From: Eledone cirrhosa
Lineage: Eukaryota
Assembly: GCA_964016885.1 (NCBI GenBank)
Contig: OZ024743.1
Span: 35,712,001 to 35,776,000 of the forward strand
DNA: 64,000 bases
Direction: 5' to 3'
Shown here piece by piece: positions 30,501 to 46,400 of the stretch (the first letter of the stretch is position 1; each line of letters begins with the position of its first letter). The notes under the pieces are model-generated. The model saw only the letters and a program-made list of their open reading frames with translations. It made no database searches and was not told where the DNA came from. Both the position numbers and the translations under genes were made by a program.

Positions 30501-33435
30501 ACTATAGTCTGAAGGCCTGTAATATATAGAAACACTACACTGTATCATTACTATACTGTGAAGACCTGTAAGATATAGAAACACTACACTGTGTCATTAC
30601 TATACTCTGAAGACCGGTAAGATATAGAAACACTACACTGTGTCGTTACTATACTCCGAAGACCTGTAAGACATAGAAACACTACACTGTGTCATTACTA
30701 TACTGTGATGACCTGTAAGATATAGAAACACTACACTGTGTCATTACTATACTGTGAAGACCTGTAAGATATAGAAACACTACACTGTGTCATTACTATA
30801 CTGTGAAGAACTATAATATATAGAAACACTACATTGTGTCATTACTATACTGTGAAGACCTGTAAGATATAGAAAAACTACACTGTGTCATTACTATACT
30901 GTGAAGAACTATAATATATAGAAACACTACATTGTGTCATTACTATACTGTGAAGACCTGTAAGATATAGAAACACTACACTGTGTCATTACTATACTGT
31001 GAAGAACTATAATATATAGAAACACTACATTGTGTCATTACTATACTGTGAAGACCTGTAAGATATAGAAACACTACACTGTGTCATTACTATACTGTGA
31101 AGACCTGTAAGATATAGAAACACTACACTGTGTCATTACTATACTGTGAAGAACTATAATATATAGAAACACTACATTGTGTCATTACTATACTGTGAAG
31201 ACCTGTAAGATATAGAAACACTACACTGTGTCATTACTATACGCTGAAGACATGTAAGATATAGAAACACTACACTGTGTCATTACTATACTGTGATGAC
31301 CTGTAAGATATAGAAACACTACACTGTGTCATTACTATACTGTGAAGACCTGTAAGATATAGAAACACTACACTGTGTCATTACTATACTCTGAAGACCT
31401 GTAAGATATAGAAACACTACACTGTGTCATTACTATACTGTGAAGACCTGTAAGATATAGAAACACTACACTGTGTCATTACTATGCTCTGAAGACCTGT
31501 AAGATATAGAAACACTACACTGTGTCATTACTATACTGTGAAGACCTGTAAGATATAGAAACACTACACCGTATCATTACTATACTGTGAAGACCTATAA
31601 TATATAGAAACACTACATTGTGTCCTTACTATACTCTGAAGAACTATAATATATAGAAACACTACACTGTGTCATTATTATACTCTGAAGACCTATAATA
31701 TATAGAAACACTACACTGTGTCATTACTATACTGTGAATACCTGTAATATATAGAAACACTACACTGTATCATTACTATACTCTGAAGACCTATAATATA
31801 TAGAAACACTACATTGTGTCCTTACTATACTCTGAAGAACTATAATATATAGAAACACTACACTGTGTCATTACTATACTCTGAAGACCTATAATATATA
31901 GAAACACTACACTGTGTCATTACTATACTCTGAAGACCTGTAAGATATAGAAACACTACACTGTGTCATTACTATACTGTGATGACCTGTAAGATATAGA
32001 AACACTACACTGTGTCATTACTATACTGTGAAGACCTATAATATATAGAAACACTACACTGTGTCATTACTATACTGTGAAGACCTGTAAGATATAGAAA
32101 CACTACACTGTATCATTACTATACTGTGAAGACCTATAATATATAGAAACACTACACTGTGTCATTACTATACTGTGAAGACCTGTAAGATATAGAAACA
32201 CTACACTGTATCATTACTATACTCTGAAGACCTATAATATATAGAAACACTACACTGTGTCATTACTATACTGTGAAGACCTGTAATATATAGAAACACT
32301 ACACTGTGTCATTACTATACAGTGTAGACCTATAATATATAGAAACACTACATTGTGTCATTACTATACTGTGAAGACCTGTAATATATAGAAACACTAC
32401 ACTGTATCATTACTATACTCTGAAGACCTGTATGATATAGAAACACCACACTGTATCACTACTATACTGTGAAGACCTATAATATATAGTAAGACTACAC
32501 TGTGTCACTACTATACTCTGAAGACCTGTAAGATATAGAAACACTACACTGTGTCATTACTATACAGTGTAGACCTATAATATATAGAAACACTACACTG
32601 TGTCATTACTATACTATGAAGACCTGTAAGATATAGAAACACTACAATGTATCATTACTATACTGTGAAGACCTGTAAGATATAGAAACACTACACTGTG
32701 TCATTACTATACTGTGAAGACCTGTAAGATATAGAAACACTACACTGTGTCATTACTATACTCTGAAAACCTATAAGATATAGAAACACTACACTGTGTC
32801 ATTACTATACTATGAAGACCTGTAAGATATAGAAACACTACAATGTATCATTACTATACTGTGAAGATCTGTAAGATATAGAAACACTACACTGTGTCAT
32901 TACTATACTGTGAACACCTGTAAGATATAGAAACACTACACTGTGTCATTACTATACTCTGAAGATCTGTAAGATATAGAAACACTACACTGTGTCATTA
33001 CTATACTCTGAAGACCTGTAAGATATAGAAACACTACACTGTGTCATTACTATACTCTGAAGACCTGTAAGATATAGAAACACTACACTGTGTCATTACT
33101 ATACTCTGAAGACCTGTAAGCTATAGAAACACTACACTGTGTCATTACTATAGTCTGAAGGCCTGTAATATATAGAAACACTACACTGTGTCATTACTAT
33201 ACTCTGAAGACCTGTAAGATATAGAAACACTACACTGTGTCAATACTATACTGTGAAGACCTGTAAGATATAGAAACACTACACTGTGTCATTACTATAC
33301 TCTGAAGACCTGTAAAATATAGAAACACTACACTGTATCATTACTATACTGTGAAGACCTGTAAGATGTAGAAATACTACACTGTGTCATTACTATACTG
33401 TGAAGACCTGTAAGATATAGAAATACTACACTGTG

Positions 33436-36400
33436 TCATTACTATACTGTGAAGACCTGTAAGATATAGAAACACTACACTGTGTCATTACTATACTGTG
33501 AAGACCTGTAAGATATAGAAACACTACACTGTGTCATTACTATACTGTGAAGACCTTGTAAGATATAGAAACACTACACTGTGTCATTACTATACTGTGA
33601 AGACCTGTAAGATATAGAAACACTACACTGTGTCATTACTATACTGTGAAGACCTGTAATATATAGAAACACTACACTGTGTCATTATTATACTCTGAAA
33701 ACCTGTAAGATATAGAAACACTACACTGTGTCATTACTATACTGTGAAGACCTGTAAGATATAGAAACACTACACTGTATCATTACTATACTCTGAAGAC
33801 CTATAATATATAGAAACACTACACTGTGTCATTACTATACTGTGAAGACCTGTAAGATATAGAAACACTACACTGTGTCATTACTATACTGTGAAGACCT
33901 GTAATATATAGAAACACTACACTGTGTTATTATTATACTGTGAAGACCTGTAAGATATAGAAACACTACACTGTGTCATTATTATACTGTGAAGACCTGT
34001 AAGATATAGAAACACTACACTGTGTCATTATTATACTGTGAAGACCTGTAAGATATAGAAACACTACACTGTGTCATTACTATACTGTGAAGACCTGTAA
34101 GATATAGAAACACTACACTGTGTCATTACTATACTGTGAAGACCTGTAAGATATAGAAACACTACACTGTGTCATTATTATACTGTGCAGACCTGTAAGA
34201 TATAGAAACACTACACTGTGTCATTACTATACTGTGAAGACCTGTAATATATAGAAACACTACACTGTGTCATTATTATACTGTGAAGACCTGTAAGATA
34301 TAGAAACACTACACTGTGTCATTACTATACTGTGAAGATCTGTAAGATATAGAAACACTACACCGTATCATTACTATACTCTGAAGACCTATAATATATA
34401 GAAACACTACACTGTGTCATTACTATACTATGAAGACCTGTAAGATATAGAAACACTACAATGTATCATTACTATACTCTGAAGACCTATAACATATAGA
34501 AACACTACATTGTGTCCTTACTATACTCTGAAGAACTATAATATATAGAAACACTACACTGTGTCATTACTATAGTCTGAAGGCCTGTAATATATAGAAA
34601 CACAACACTGTGTCATTACTATACTCCGAAGACTTGTAAGACATAGAAACACTACACTGTGTCATTACTATACTCTGAAGAGCTGTAATATATAGAAACA
34701 CTACACTGTGTCATTACTATACTCTGAAGACCTGTAAAATATAGAAACACTACACTGTGTCATTACTATAGTCTGAAGGCCTGTAATATATAGAAACACT
34801 ACACTGTATCATTACTATACTGTGAAGACCTGTAAGATATGGAAACACTACACTGTGTCATTACTATACTGTGAAGACCTGTAAGATATAGAAACACTAC
34901 ACTGTGTCATTACTATACTGTGAAGACCTGTAAGATATAGAAACACTACACTGTGTCATTACTATACTGTGAAGACCTGTAAGATATAGAAACACTACAC
35001 TGTGTCATTACTATACTGTGAAGACCTGTAAGATATAGAAACACTACACTGTGTCATTACTATAGTCTGAAGGCCTGTAATATATAGAAACACTACACTG
35101 TATCATTATTATACTGTGAAGACCTGTAAGATATAGAAACACTACACTGTGTCATTATTATACTGTGAAGACCTGTAAGATATAGAAACACTACACTGTG
35201 TCATTACTATACTGTGAAGACCTGTAAGATATAGAAACACTACACTGTGTCATTACTATACTGTGAAGACCTGTAAGATATAGAAACACTACACTGTGTC
35301 ATTATTATACTGTGCAGACCTGTAAGATATAGAAACACTACACTGTGTCATTACTATACTGTGAAGACCTGTAATATATAGAAACACTACACTGTGTCAT
35401 TATTATACTGTGAAGACCTGTAAGATATAGAAACACTACACTGTGTCATTACTATACTGTGAAGACCTGTAAGATATAGAAACACTACACCGTATCATTA
35501 CTATACTCTGAAGACCTATAATATATAGAAACACTACACTGTGTCATTACTATACTATGAAGACCTGTAAGATATAGAAACACTACAATGTATCATTACT
35601 ATACTCTGAAGACCTATAATATATAGAAACACTACATTGTGTCCTTACTATACTCTGAAGAACTATAATATATAGAAACACTACACTGTGTCATTACTAT
35701 AGTCTGAAGGCCTGTAATATATAGAAACACAACACTGTGTCATTACTATACTCCGAAGACTTGTAAGACATAGAAACACTACACTGTGTCATTACTATAC
35801 TCTGAAGACCTGTAATATATAGAAACACTACACTGTGTCATTACTATACTCTGAAGACCTGTAAAATATAGAAACACTACACTGTGTCATTACTATAGTC
35901 TGAAGGCCTGTAATATATAGAAACACTACACTGTATCATTACTATACTGTGAAGACCTGTAAGATATAGAAACACTACACTGTGTCATTACTATACTGTG
36001 AAGACCTGTAAGATATAGAAACACTACACTGTGTCATTACTATACTGTGAAGACCTGTAAGATATAGAAACACTACACTGTGTCATTACTATACTGTGAA
36101 GACCTGTAAGATATAGAAACACTACACTGTGTCATTACTATACTGTGAAGACCTGTAAGATATAGAAACACTACACTGTGTCATTACTATAGTCTGAAGG
36201 CCTGTAATATATAGAAACACTACACTGTATCATTACTATACTGTGAAGACCTGTAAGATATAGAAACACTACACTGTGTCATTACTATACTCTGAAGACC
36301 GGTAAGATATAGAAACACTACACTGTGTCGTTACTATACTCCGAAGACCTGTAAGACATAGAAACACTACACTGTGTCATTACTATACTGTGATGACCTG

Positions 36401-39400
36401 TAAGATATAGAAACATTACACTGTGTCATTACTATACTGTGAAGACCTGTAAGATATAGAAACACTACACTGTGTCATTACTATACTGTGAAGAACTATA
36501 ATATATAGAAACACTACATTGTGTCATTACTATACTGTGAAGACCTGTAAGATATAGAAAAACTACACTGTGTCATTACCATACTTTGAAGAACTATAAT
36601 ATATAGAAACACTACATTGTGTCATTACTATACTGTGAAGACCTGTAAGATATAGAAACACTACACTGTGTCATTACTATACTGTGAAGAACTATAATAT
36701 ATAGAAACACTACATTGTGTCATTACTATACTGTGAAGACCTGTAAGATATAGAAACACTACACTGTGTCATTACTATACTGTGAAGACCTGTAAGATAT
36801 AGAAACACTACACTGTGTCATTATTATACTGTGAAGAACTATAATATATAGAAACACTACATTGTGTCATTACTATACTGTGAAGACCTGTAAGATATAG
36901 AAACACTACACTGTGTCATTACTATACGCTGAAGACATGTAAGATATAGAAACACTACACTGTGTCATTACTATACTGTGATGACCTGTAAGATATAGAA
37001 ACACTACACTGTGTCATTACTATACTGTGAAGACCTGTAAGATATAGAAACACTACACTGTGTCATTACTATACTCTGAAGACCTGTAAGATATAGAAAC
37101 ACTACACTGTGTCATTACTATACTGTGAAGACCTGTAAGATATAGAAACACTACACTGTGTCATTACTATACTCTGAAGACCTGTAAGATATAGAAACAC
37201 TACACTGTGTCATTACTATACTGTGAAGACCTGTAAGATATAGAAACACTACACCGTATCATTACTATACTGTGAAGACCTATAATATATAGAAACACTA
37301 CATTGTGTTCTTACTATACTCTGAAGAACTATAATATATAGAAACACTACACTGTGTCATTATTATACTCTGAAGACCTATAATATATAGAAACACTACA
37401 CTGTGTCATTACTATACTGTGAATACCTGTAATATATAGAAACACTACACTGTATCATTACTATACTCTGAAGACCTATAATATATAGAAACACTACATT
37501 GTGTCCTTACTATACTCTGAAGAACTATAATATATAGAAACACTACACTGTGTCATTACTATACTCTGAAGACCTATAATATATAGAAACACTACACTGT
37601 GTCATTACTATACTCTGAAGACCTGTAAGATATAGAAACACTACACTGTGTCATTACTATACTGTGATGACCTGTAAGATATAGAAACACTACACTGTGT
37701 CATTACTATACTGTGAAGACCTATAATATATAGAAACACTACACTGTGTCATTACTATACTGTGAAGACCTGTAAGATATAGAAACACTACACTGTATCA
37801 TTACTATACTGTGAAGACCTATAATATATAGAAACACTACACTGTGTCATTACTATACTGTGAAGACCTGTAAGATATAGAAACACTACACTGTATCATT
37901 ACTATACTCTGAAGACCTATAATATATAGAAACACTACACTGTGTCATTACTATACTGTGAAGACCTGTAATATATAGAAACACTACACTGTGTCATTAC
38001 TATACAGTGAAGACCTATAATATATAGAAACACTACATTGTGTCATTACTATACTGTGAAGACCTGTAATATATAGAAACACTACACTGTATCATTACTA
38101 TACTCTGAAGACCTGTATGATATAGAAACACCACACTGTATCACTACTATACTGTGAAGACCTATAATATATAGTAAGACTACACTGTGTCACTACTATA
38201 CTCTGAAGACCTGTAAGATATAGAAACACTACACTGTGTCATTACTATACTGTGAAGACCTGTAAGATATAGAAACACTACACTGTGTCATTACTATACT
38301 CTGAAAACATATAAGATATAGAAACACTACACTGTGTCATTACTATACTATGAAGACCTGTAAGATATAGAAACACTACAATGTATCATTACTATACTGT
38401 GAAGACCTGTAAGATATAGAAACACTACACTGTGTCATTACTATACTGTGAAGACCTGTAAGATATAGAAACACTACACTGTGTCATTACTATACTGTGA
38501 AGACCTTGTAAGATATAGAAACACTACACTGTGTCATTACTATACTGTGAAGACCTGTAAGATATAGAAACACTACACTGTGTCATTACTATACTGTGAA
38601 GACCTGTAATATATAGAAACACTACACTGTGTCATTATTATACTCTGAAAACCTGTAAGATATAGAAACACTACACTGTGTCATTACTATACTGTGAAGA
38701 CCTGTAAGATATAGAAACACTACACTGTATCATTACTATACTCTGAAGACCTATAATATATAGAAACACTACACTGTGTCATTACTATACTGTGAAGACC
38801 TGTAAGATATAGAAACACTACACTGTGTCATTACTATACTGTGAAGACCTGTAATATATAGAAACACTACACTGTGTTATTATTATACTGTGAAGACCTG
38901 TAAGATATAGAAACACTACACTGTGTCATTATTATACTGTGAAGACCTGTAAGATATAGAAACACTACACTGTGTCATTATTATACTGTGAAGACCTGTA
39001 AGATATAGAAACACTACACTGTGTCATTACTATACTGTGAAGACCTGTAAGATATAGAAACACTACACTGTGTCATTACTATACTGTGAAGACCTGTAAG
39101 ATATAGAAACACTACACTGTGTCATTATTATACTGTGCAGACCTGTAAGATATAGAAACACTACACTGTGTCATTACTATACTGTGAAGACCTGTAATAT
39201 ATAGAAACACTACACTGTGTCATTATTATACTGTGAAGACCTGTAAGATATAGAAACACTACACTGTGTCATTACTATACTGTGAAGATCTGTAAGATAT
39301 AGAAACACTACACCGTATCATTACTATACTCTGAAGACCTATAATATATAGAAACACTACACTGTGTCATTACTATACTATGAAGACCTGTAAGATATAG

Positions 39401-42400
39401 AAACACTACAATGTATCATTACTATACTCTGAAGACCTATAACATATAGAAACACTACATTGTGTCCTTACTATACTCTGAAGAACTATAATATATAGAA
39501 ACACTACACTGTGTCATTACTATAGTCTGAAGGCCTGTAATATATAGAAACACAACACTGTGTCATTACTATACTCCGAAGACTTGTAAGACATAGAAAC
39601 ACTACACTGTGTCATTACTATACTCTGAAGAGCTGTAATATATAGAAACACTACACTGTGTCATTACTATACTCTGAAGACCTGTAAAATATAGAAACAC
39701 TACACTGTGTCATTACTATAGTCTGAAGGCCTGTAATATATAGAAACACTACACTGTATCATTACTATACTGTGAAGACCTGTAAGATATGGAAACACTA
39801 CACTGTGTCATTACTATACTGTGAAGACCTGTAAGATATAGAAACACTACACTGTGTCATTACTATACTGTGAAGACCTGTAAGATATAGAAACACTACA
39901 CTGTGTCATTACTATACTGTGAAGACCTGTAAGATATAGAAACACTACACTGTGTCATTACTATACTGTGAAGACCTGTAAGATATAGAAACACTACACT
40001 GTGTCATTACTATAGTCTGAAGGCCTGTAATATATAGAAACACTACACTGTATCATTATTATACTGTGAAGACCTGTAAGATATAGAAACACTACACTGT
40101 GTCATTATTATACTGTGAAGACCTGTAAGATATAGAAACACTACACTGTGTCATTACTATACTGTGAAGACCTGTAAGATATAGAAACACTACACTGTGT
40201 CATTACTATACTGTGAAGACCTGTAAGATATAGAAACACTACACTGTGTCATTATTATACTGTGCAGACCTGTAAGATATAGAAACACTACACTGTGTCA
40301 TTACTATACTGTGAAGACCTGTAATATATAGAAACACTACACTGTGTCATTATTATACTGTGAAGACCTGTAAGATATAGAAACACTACACTGTGTCATT
40401 ACTATACTGTGAAGACCTGTAAGATATAGAAACACTACACCGTATCATTACTATACTCTGAAGACCTATAATATATAGAAACACTACACTGTGTCATTAC
40501 TATACTATGAAGACCTGTAAGATATAGAAACACTACAATGTATCATTACTATACTCTGAAGACCTATAATATATAGAAACACTACATTGTGTCCTTACTA
40601 TACTCTGAAGAACTATAATATATAGAAACACTACACTGTGTCATTACTATAGTCTGAAGGCCTGTAATATATAGAAACACAACACTGTGTCATTACTATA
40701 CTCCGAAGACTTGTAAGACATAGAAACACTACACTGTGTCATTACTATACTCTGAAGACCTGTAATATATAGAAACACTACACTGTGTCATTACTATACT
40801 CTGAAGACCTGTAAAATATAGAAACACTACACTGTGTCATTACTATAGTCTGAAGGCCTGTAATATATAGAAACACTACACTGTATCATTACTATACTGT
40901 GAAGACCTGTAAGATATAGAAACACTACACTGTGTCATTACTATACTGTGAAGACCTGTAAGATATAGAAACACTACACTGTGTCATTACTATACTGTGA
41001 AGACCTGTAAGATATAGAAACACTACACTGTGTCATTACTATACTGTGAAGACCTGTAAGATATAGAAACACTACACTGTGTCATTACTATACTGTGAAG
41101 ACCTGTAAGATATAGAAACACTACACTGTGTCATTACTATAGTCTGAAGGCCTGTAATATATAGAAACACTACACTGTATCATTACTATACTGTGAAGAC
41201 CTGTAAGATATAGAAACACTACACTGTGTCATTACTATACTCTGAAGACCGGTAAGATATAGAAACACTACACTGTGTCGTTACTATACTCCGAAGACCT
41301 GTAAGACATAGAAACACTACACTGTGTCATTACTATACTGTGATGACCTGTAAGATATAGAAACATTACACTGTGTCATTACTATACTGTGAAGACCTGT
41401 AAGATATAGAAACACTACACTGTGTCATTACTATACTGTGAAGAACTATAATATATAGAAACACTACATTGTGTCATTACTATACTGTGAAGACCTGTAA
41501 GATATAGAAAAACTACACTGTGTCATTACCATACTTTGAAGAACTATAATATATAGAAACACTACATTGTGTCATTACTATACTGTGAAGACCTGTAAGA
41601 TATAGAAACACTACACTGTGTCATTACTATACTGTGAAGAACTATAATATATAGAAACACTACATTGTGTCATTACTATACTGTGAAGACCTGTAAGATA
41701 TAGAAACACTACACTGTGTCATTACTATACTGTGAAGACCTGTAAGATATAGAAACACTACACTGTGTCATTATTATACTGTGAAGAACTATAATATATA
41801 GAAACACTACATTGTGTCATTACTATACTGTGAAGACCTGTAAGATATAGAAACACTACACTGTGTCATTACTATACGCTGAAGACATGTAAGATATAGA
41901 AACACTACACTGTGTCATTACTATACTGTGATGACCTGTAAGATATAGAAACACTACACTGTGTCATTACTATACTGTGAAGACCTGTAAGATATAGAAA
42001 CACTACACTGTGTCATTACTATACTCTGAAGACCTGTAAGATATAGAAACACTACACTGTGTCATTACTATACTGTGAAGACCTGTAAGATATAGAAACA
42101 CTACACTGTGTCATTACTATACTCTGAAGACCTGTAAGATATAGAAACACTACACTGTGTCATTACTATACTGTGAAGACCTGTAAGATATAGAAACACT
42201 ACACCGTATCATTACTATACTGTGAAGACCTATAATATATAGAAACACTACATTGTGTTCTTACTATACTCTGAAGAACTATAATATATAGAAACACTAC
42301 ACTGTGTCATTATTATACTCTGAAGACCTATAATATATAGAAACACTACACTGTGTCATTACTATACTGTGAATACCTGTAATATATAGAAACACTACAC

Positions 42401-43446
42401 TGTATCATTACTATACTCTGAAGACCTATAATATATAGAAACACTACATTGTGTCCTTACTATACTCTGAAGAACTATAATATATAGAAACACTACACTG
42501 TGTCATTACTATACTCTGAAGACCTATAATATATAGAAACACTACACTGTGTCATTACTATACTCTGAAGACCTGTAAGATATAGAAACACTACACTGTG
42601 TCATTACTATACTGTGATGACCTGTAAGATATAGAAACACTACACTGTGTCATTACTATACTGTGAAGACCTATAATATATAGAAACACTACACTGTGTC
42701 ATTACTATACTGTGAAGACCTGTAAGATATAGAAACACTACACTGTATCATTACTATACTGTGAAGACCTATAATATATAGAAACACTACACTGTGTCAT
42801 TACTATACTGTGAAGACCTGTAAGATATAGAAACACTACACTGTATCATTACTATACTCTGAAGACCTATAATATATAGAAACACTACACTGTGTCATTA
42901 CTATACTGTGAAGACCTGTAATATATAGAAACACTACACTGTGTCATTACTATACAGTGAAGACCTATAATATATAGAAACACTACATTGTGTCATTACT
43001 ATACTGTGAAGACCTGTAATATATAGAAACACTACACTGTATCATTACTATACTCTGAAGACCTGTATGATATAGAAACACCACACTGTATCACTACTAT
43101 ACTGTGAAGACCTATAATATATAGTAAGACTACACTGTGTCACTACTATACTCTGAAGACCTGTAAGATATAGAAACACTACACTGTGTCATTACTATAC
43201 TGTGAAGACCTGTAAGATATAGAAACACTACACTGTGTCATTACTATACTCTGAAAACATATAAGATATAGAAACACTACACTGTGTCATTACTATACTA
43301 TGAAGACCTGTAAGATATAGAAACACTACAATGTATCATTACTATACTGTGAAGACCTGTAAGATATAGAAACACTACACTGTGTCATTACTATACTGTG
43401 AAGACCTGTAAGATATAGAAACACTACACTGTGTCATTACTATACT
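33436..43446. repeat. Near-perfect tandem duplication, period 4950 bp (101 units + 1 bp), with an internal 1127-bp (23-unit) duplication
   Basis: AGACCTTGTA 33551/38501, AACATATAGA 34491/39441, AGCTGTAATA 34681/39631, AAACATTACA 36411/41361 and ATACTTTGAA 36581/41531 are all exactly 4950 apart. TGTGCAGACC 34188/35315 and CACAACAC 34604/35731 are 1127 apart. Confidence 0.93.
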
Positions 43447-46400
43447 CTGAAAACCTATAAGATATAGAAACACTACACTGTGTCATTACTATACTATGAA
43501 GACCTGTAAGATATAGAAACACTACAATGTATCATTACTATACTGTGAAGATCTGTAAGATATAGAAACACTACACTGTGTCATTACTATACTGTGAACA
43601 CCTGTAAGATATAGAAACACTACACTGTGTCATTACTATACTCTGAAGACCTGTAAGATATAGAAACACTACACTGTGTCATTACTATACTCTGAAGACC
43701 TGTAAGACATAGAAACACTACACTGTGTCATTACTATACTCTGAAGACCTGTAATATATAGAAACACTACACTGTGTCATTACTATACTCTGAAGACCTG
43801 TAAAATATAGAAACACTACACTGTGTCATTACTATAGTCTGAATGCCTGTAAGATATAGAAACACTACACTGTGTCATTACTATACTGTGAAGACCTGTA
43901 AGATATAGAAACACTACACTGTGTCATTACTATAGTCTGAAGGCCTGTAATATATAGAAACACTACACTGTGTCATTACTATACTCTGAAGACCTGTAAG
44001 ATATAGAAACACTACACTGTATCATTACTATACTCTGAAGACATGTAAAATATTGAAATACTACACTGTATCATTACTATACTGTGAAGACCTGTAAGAT
44101 ATAGAAACACTACACTGTGTCATTACTATACTGTGAAGACCTGTAAGATATAGAAACACTGCACTGTGTCATTACTATACTGTGAAGACCTGTAAGATAT
44201 AGAAACACTACACTGTGTCATTACTATACTGTGAAGAACTATAATATATAGAAACACTACATTGTGTCATTACTATACTGTGAAGACCTGTAAGATATAG
44301 AAAAACTACACTGTGTCATTACTATACTGTGAAGAACTATAATATATAGAAACACTACATTGTGTCATTACTATACTGTGAAGACCTGTAAGATATAGAA
44401 ACACTACACTGTGTCATTACTATACTGTGAAGAACTATAATATATAGAAACACTACATTGTGTCATTACTATACTGTGAAGACCTGTAAGATATAGAAAC
44501 ACTACACTGTGTCATTACTATACCGTGAAGACCTGTAAGATATAGAAACACTACACTGTGTCATTACTATACTGTGAAGAACTATAATATATAGAAACAC
44601 TACATTGTGTCATTACTATACTGTGAAGACCTGTAAGATATAGAAACACTACACTGTGTCATTACTATACGCTGAAGACATGTAAGATATAGAAACACTA
44701 CACCGTGTCATTACTATACTGTGATGACCTGTAAGATATAGAAACACTACACTGTGTCATTACTATACTGTGAAGACCTGTAAGATATAGAAACACTACA
44801 CTGTGTCATTACTATACTGTGAAGACCTGTAAGATATAGAAACACTACACTGTGTCATTACTATACTGTGAAGACCTGTAAGATATAGAAACACTACACT
44901 GTGTCATTACTATACTCTGAAGACATGTAAGATATAGAAACACTACACTGTGTCATTACTATACTCTGAAGAACTATAATATATAGAAACACTACACTGT
45001 GTCATTATTATACTCTGAAGACCTATAATATATAGAAACACTACACTGTGTCATTACTATACTGTGAATACCTGTAATATATAGAAACACTACACTGTAT
45101 CATTACTATACTCTGAAGACCTATAATATATAGAAACACTACATTGTGTCCTTACTATCCTCTGAAGAAATATAATATATAGAAACACTACACTGTGTCA
45201 TTACTATACTCTGAAGACCTATAATATATAGAAACACTACATTGTGTCCTTACTATACTCTGAAGAACTATAATATATAGAAACACTACACTGTGTCATT
45301 ATTATACTCTGAAGACCTATAATATATAGAAACACTACACTGTGTCATTACTATACTGTGAATACCTGTAATATATAGAAACACTACACTGTATCATTAC
45401 TATACTCTGAAGACCTATAATATATAGAAACACTACATTGTGTCCTTACTATCCTCTGAAGAAATATAATATATAGAAACACTACACTGTGTCATTACTA
45501 TACTCTGAAGACCTATAATATATAGAAACACTACACTGTGTCATTACTATACTCTGAAGACCTGTAAGATATAGAAACACTACACTGTGTCATTACTATA
45601 CTGTGATGACCTGTAAGATATAGAAACACTACACTGTGTCATTACTATACTGTGAAGACCTATAATATATAGAAACACTACACTGTGTCATTACTATACT
45701 GTGAAGACCTGTAAGATATAGAAACACTACACTGTATCATTACTATACTGTGAAGACCTATAATATATAGAAACACTACACTGTGTCATTACTATACTGT
45801 GAAGACCTGTAAGATATAGAAACACTACACTGTATCATTACTATACTCTGAAGACCTATAATATATAGAAACACTACACTGTGTCATTACTATACTGTGA
45901 AGACCTGTAATATATAGAAACACTACACTGTGTCATTACTATACAGTGAAGACCTATAATATATAGAAACACTACATTGTGTCATTACTATACTGTGAAG
46001 ACCTGTAATATATAGAAACACTACACTGTATCACTACTATACTGTGAAGACCTATAATATATAGTAAGACTACACTGTGTCACTACTATACTCTGAAGAC
46101 CTGTAAGATATAGAAACACTACACTGTGTCATTACTATACTGTGAAGACCTGTAAGATATAGAAACACTACACTGTGTCATTACTATACTCTGAAAACAT
46201 ATAAGATATAGAAACACTACACTGTGTCATTACTATACTATGAAGACCTGTAAGATATAGAAACACTACACTGTATCATTACTATACTGTGAAGACCTAT
46301 AATATATAGAAACACTACACTGTGTCATTACTATACTGTGAAGACCTGTAAGATATAGAAACACTACACTGTATCATTACTATACTCTGAAGACCTATAA

